Shown piece by piece: positions 60,001 through 64,000 of a stretch of DNA of 64,000 nt. The DNA lies in contig VJWM01000304.1 in NCBI GenBank assembly GCA_010909165.1, forward strand, positions 42,273 to 106,272, read 5' to 3'. The notes below the pieces were generated by a model, which was not told the origin of the DNA, did no database searches, and saw nothing but the letters and a program-made list of their open reading frames with translations. The translations under genes and the position numbers were made by a program. This DNA comes from Anthoceros angustus. Taxonomy: Eukaryota; Plantae; Anthocerotophyta. Within the stretch, counting starts at the first letter, position 1. Each line of letters opens with the position of its first letter.

Positions 60001-63000
60001 ATAGAGTAAGTGGGATTAGTTCCCCTCAAAACCAGGCCCAAACCTCAAAGTAATGTTATGTTCCACATTTTTTTGGTGTACCCATGCCTATATTCTTGAG
60101 AAGTTGCACATTGTCTGATGCATTAATGAAAGTAAGTTCATAGGTTTTTCGAAAATGGGTGCAATCGTGGCATGAGAGAAGAATTTCAAAATCGCATCCA
60201 TAAAGAGGATCTTTGGCTGGCGGCGCCCTTCCATGCATGCCCTCCCATGGGCGCGGCCCGGCATCCTCCCATGCCTGCGCCCTCCCATGGGCGGCCGGCG
60301 CCTCCCCATGCGCCCTCCCATGGGCGCCGGCCGGCGGCGCCCTCCCCATCCACGCCCATGGGCCGGCGCCCTCCCCATGCACGCCCTCCCCATGGGCTGC
60401 CTTTGATAAAATAAATAATTAGCGGTTCAAATGATTTGTGGCTTGGGGTGGTTACTTAAGCGGTTGGATAGGAAATTCAGTAAGTAGTAGGTCGTGAGGT
60501 CAATTCCTCTACTCCACATGCACACCAACTTCGCCCCTTTTCAAGGGCATCCTTTAAATTAAAGGATTCTGTCCTTAAGGACGCATTCACGAGTCCTTAT
60601 TTTGGCCAGTATAGTTAAGAATTTGTAGTTTTAAACCCAAAATCATAGCAAATATCTTTCAATCGTTGATCGCGAGTTTGAAATTACTCGTAATATTATA
60701 TTAATGGTCTCAAATTATAAAAGAATCAAATGGTGAAGAGAGCTACGGCTCACTCAAGTTTCTTCCATTTTATGGAGCTCATTGAAGGCCGACCATTGTA
60801 TTGCAGGTCATAGCTCACAGGCATGTGCTTGATCCTGGACACCATCTTTGCGATCGACCAAGGCTGTACATTGTGATTTGACATGTGAAAGATGTCATAT
60901 TTTGCTCATTCAATTTGAAACATACATTCAAATGGTTGAGGGAATGTGTTACTTGTTTGATAAAGGCAATGATTCAAACCGTGAAAGCCAAAACGGGGCG
61001 TGAGCGTCCTCGTAAACCAAAAAGCGGCTACGACCACGGTGCCACGCTTACGCAAGTGCTTGATGAGGCGGAGTTGGGGAGAACAGCGCCAAGTCCATGG
61101 GCAAGAACAATGGTTTTGATGACCCCAAGTGGGCGCATGTGGAACTTAGAAGTGGTCATACATTCGTTGGCTCAAGGGTATGAGTTCTGATTGGTCCCCA
61201 TGAGGACCATTCCGGCGTAACCGCTTGCATGTGCTCGTTTTAAAGTTTACCGTTTTGTCGATCGTTGTGGGCCCGCCATGTCGGCGTTCACACACAACTT
61301 TTGTTTCTTTCCAAAGTATAACCATGTTTAGTTTTGATATGAATTTATTGAATGGTGTCCATGAACACATCACGGAGGCGCTGGCGGCGGCGCCTAGATA
61401 GGCTCTCTATCATGTCAATGGAAAGAATGCACTTTCGATTGTGGATGGAATAAAGAGGCTAATGTCATTTTGAAGACCTAGGGTTTAAATCCTCTTTTAA
61501 GGAATGTCAATTTCACGAAGGGATCTTCCATAATTATGGTGTTGGTGGAGCAGAATGTAATTTAGCAATGGTGTTGGATTCGAGATCCTCGAGCCGGATG
61601 AGTCACAACGTAGCCCGTCATATTCCTCCATTCTAAAGTAGACTCAAAACATTGGATTGGTGAAAGATCCATTTTTTTTTGTATAGATAGTCCACGGTAG
61701 TTCCCCACAAAATAGTACAAGGCTTGAGTGTTGTGATAGACACATTAGGCGCCGGTATACGATGGGTCATTGTAGTGGAGGCAAGCTGGTAAACATTTGA
61801 TGTGTAAGTGTATGTACCCCGGAATGGGGTGATGTTTTGGCGTAAAAGGCTATTTTGATGGCGGTGTTTGGTCAAGAGGTCCGACCCCAAAAGAAGAGGG
61901 TTTGTATATTCCCCCCCTTGCAAAATTATCGTGTTTCATACCTTGGAGGAACATGTTGAACACTTGAGGAAGGTGCTAAAGAGACTAAGAGAGAATTCTT
62001 TGTTCTTGGCAATCAAGAAGTGTGATTTCGTCAGAAGGATTCCATTCTTAGGTTTTATTGTCTCGCGAGGGCATCGGGATGGATCTGATAAAGTTAAAGC
62101 CATTCAAGATTGGCAGCCTCGGAACATTCATGAGGTGAGCTTTATGGGTTTGGCTTCGTATGAGGTTTGTACATATGTTTGCTAAGATAGCATAAGCGAC
62201 CTCTTGAAGACATCAAAAGCTTGGAAGTGGGATCTTTGATTGTCAAGCACCTTTGAATACTTGAAAGAGAAGTTGAGTACTACTCGGTGTTGGGAATGTA
62301 TGACCCCAAGAAAGATGTAGAAGTGTATTGTGATGCCTCGGACATGGCTATAGGTGGAGTTTTGATGTAGGACCAAAAGCCGTTAGCTTTTGAGTCAAGG
62401 AAGTTGCATCCTTATGAGATGAAGTATCCCACCTATGAGAAGGAAATGGCATCCACCGTCTAAAGGCTTGGAGACTATCTCTTGGGTAGGTCTTTTGTCT
62501 TGTATGATAATATCGATTACATACTTCTCCAACCAATTGAAGTTGAATGCGAGACAAGCTAGATGGCAGGATTTCCTAGCTATGTATGATGTGACTCTAA
62601 AATATAAACCTGGAAAGGAGAATAAGGTTGCGATCGTTGAGTCGCAAGTCAAGGGTGAAGGCAATGGCAAGTGTGATTGAGCTGTGGATACTCACAAAGA
62701 GATTAAGGAAGCTTATCTCAAGATCACGAGTGGGACGGATGAATGGGGTGAGAGAGGAAGCAAGTTCAAACTCGAGATGGTTTGTTGATATACAAAGCAA
62801 GAGAGTTGTGATTCCTAACTCTGAGGCTTGAAGAAGAAGTTACTTCGAATGTCATGATGTGCCAAGTCTGGTCAGTGGAGGTGATTCAACTTATGAGAAG
62901 TTGAAGAAGCTGTTTTACTGGCGAGGAATGTATCAAGATACATTAGACTATGTCAAGGCATGTGCTGTTTGTCAGCAGGATAAGGTAGAACAGGCTAAAC

Positions 63001-63420
63001 CAAGAGGTTTGTTACAGCCCCTACCTATTCCAAGAGGGCCATGGAAAAGTATTTCTATGGACTTCGTCGCCTTTGCCTCCCAATAATGGTTATACAACTA
63101 TCATGACAGTGGTGGATAGGTTCACCAGGCAAGCGCACTTCATCCCCACCAAGAAGTGAGTGACAACTTGTTCAAGAAGTATGTGTACAAGTATCATGGC
63201 TTGCCCGTGCAGATTGTGAGTGATAGAGATCTAAGATTCACAGGAGAATTCTGGCAACACTTGATGAGAAGTTTGAATGTGCAGTTATGCATGAGTCTTG
63301 CATACCATCCAGTTACTGATGGTTGAGCGAGTCAACCGAATCCAAGAAGAATACTTGAGGCACTATGTGCAGATTGATCAGAGAGATTCGGCTGATCATC
63401 TTGATGATGCAGAGTTTTGT
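57070..63420 (+). pseudogene. Ty3/gypsy gag-pol (chromovirus-like RT), interrupted in RT and 3'-truncated
   Basis: Gag FLEDYALTWWR; protease LLLD..THNFI; [46 protein letters not shown] then TLEEHVEHLRKVL after the insertion; integrase QPLPIPRGPWKSISMDF, IVSDRDLRFTGEFW. Confidence 0.93.
59246..61935. mobile_element. 2,690-bp non-autonomous TIR element related to the 15577-24731 transposon
   Basis: Perfect 32-bp TIR AACACGATAATTTTGCAAGGGGGGGAATATAC (59246-59277 and 61904-61935). TSD TCAT (59242-59245, 61936-61939). Removal restores [15 protein letters not shown]. Confidence 0.95.
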
Positions 63421-63645
63421 TACAATAAACGTACATCTTGCAAACGTGGAACCCGACTGGTCATGTCGGTGTCATCAACCACTCCCTGCATCCGATCCCC
63501 CATCTTATGTCCCACCTTACATACCGCAAAGGGCACATAACCCATTTGCTTCCGAGGTTCATTCGCTTGAGTAGTGACCGTTCCCGCACTATAACATCCT
63601 CGTGGAATCGCCATCGGCCTTTGTGATGAATCTCGCCCCACGGGT
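63420..63645 (-). pseudogene. Gypsy gag zinc-knuckle fragment, homologous to about 46000-46200
   Basis: SSQRPMAIPRGCYS..RKQMGYVPF..CKVGHKMGD matches the gag at 46000-46200. Confidence 0.75.
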
Positions 63646-63649
63646 TCTC

Positions 63650-64000
63650 GCGATGTTCGCTTCCTTCAAGGTAACCAAGAATTTCACCTCTGACAATGAA
63701 ATACGAATGCCCCCAACTGTCCCTATTAATCATTACTCCAATCCTGAAGACCAACACAATAGGACCAGAGTCCTATCCTGTTATTCCATGCTAATGTATT
63801 CAGAGCATAAGGCATGCTTTGAGCACTCTAATTTTTCAGTAACATCGTCGACTCCCAGGCAATTAAGACCAGGAGCGCCCCCAGAAGGATGAGGTCACCA
63901 GTACACACCCAAAGAGGCGGACCAGCCACCCCACCCCAAGATCCAACTACGAGCTTTTTAACTGCAACAACTTAAATATACGCTATTGAGCTGGAATTAC
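63650..64000 (-). rRNA. 18S rRNA fragment (V4 region), degraded, runs off the right edge
   Basis: Reverse-complement 18S hallmarks: CCAAGAATTTCACCTCTGAC, ATTCCATGCTAATGTATTCAGAGC, CCAACTACGAGCTTTTTAACTGCAACAACTTAAATATACGCTATT(G)GAGCTGGAATTAC, with several indels. Confidence 0.93.

Noticed and set aside
59700-61400. Protein-coding cargo in the 2.7-kb element
   Set aside because: Only short ORFs with no recognisable motif; the 60056-60422 ORFs derive from CCCATGGGC repeats.

Overview
Eukaryotic nuclear DNA, inferred to come from a seed-free land plant (PLS-class PPR fragment, plant TM9SF gene, plant-type 18S). It is almost entirely nested transposable elements around one intact host gene, a 7-exon TM9SF/EMP70 gene at 52369-55879. 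Repeat regions carry pervasive 1-2 bp indels while the unique gene is clean, so many frameshifts may be consensus errors. Layout: (1) a Sola/Zator-like DDD transposase gene (minus strand) split by a 7.1-kb CACTA element (1252-8366, TSD CAA) that carries a captured PPR fragment; (2) a Ty3/gypsy accessory region split by a 9,155-bp TIR DNA transposon (15577-24731, 33-bp TIRs, TSD TAGG); (3) nested copia and gypsy remnants; (4) the TM9SF gene; (5) a gypsy gag-pol whose RT is interrupted by a 2.7-kb non-autonomous relative of the 9.2-kb element (32-bp perfect TIRs, TSD TCAT); (6) a degraded 18S rRNA fragment at the right edge. The main discovery candidate is the 9.2-kb element. It encodes a Sola-like DDD transposase and, divergently, a multi-exon protein with a ParB/Srx-like domain and a beta-class N4C/N6A DNA methyltransferase domain. 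Family names come from motif recognition, not database searches.
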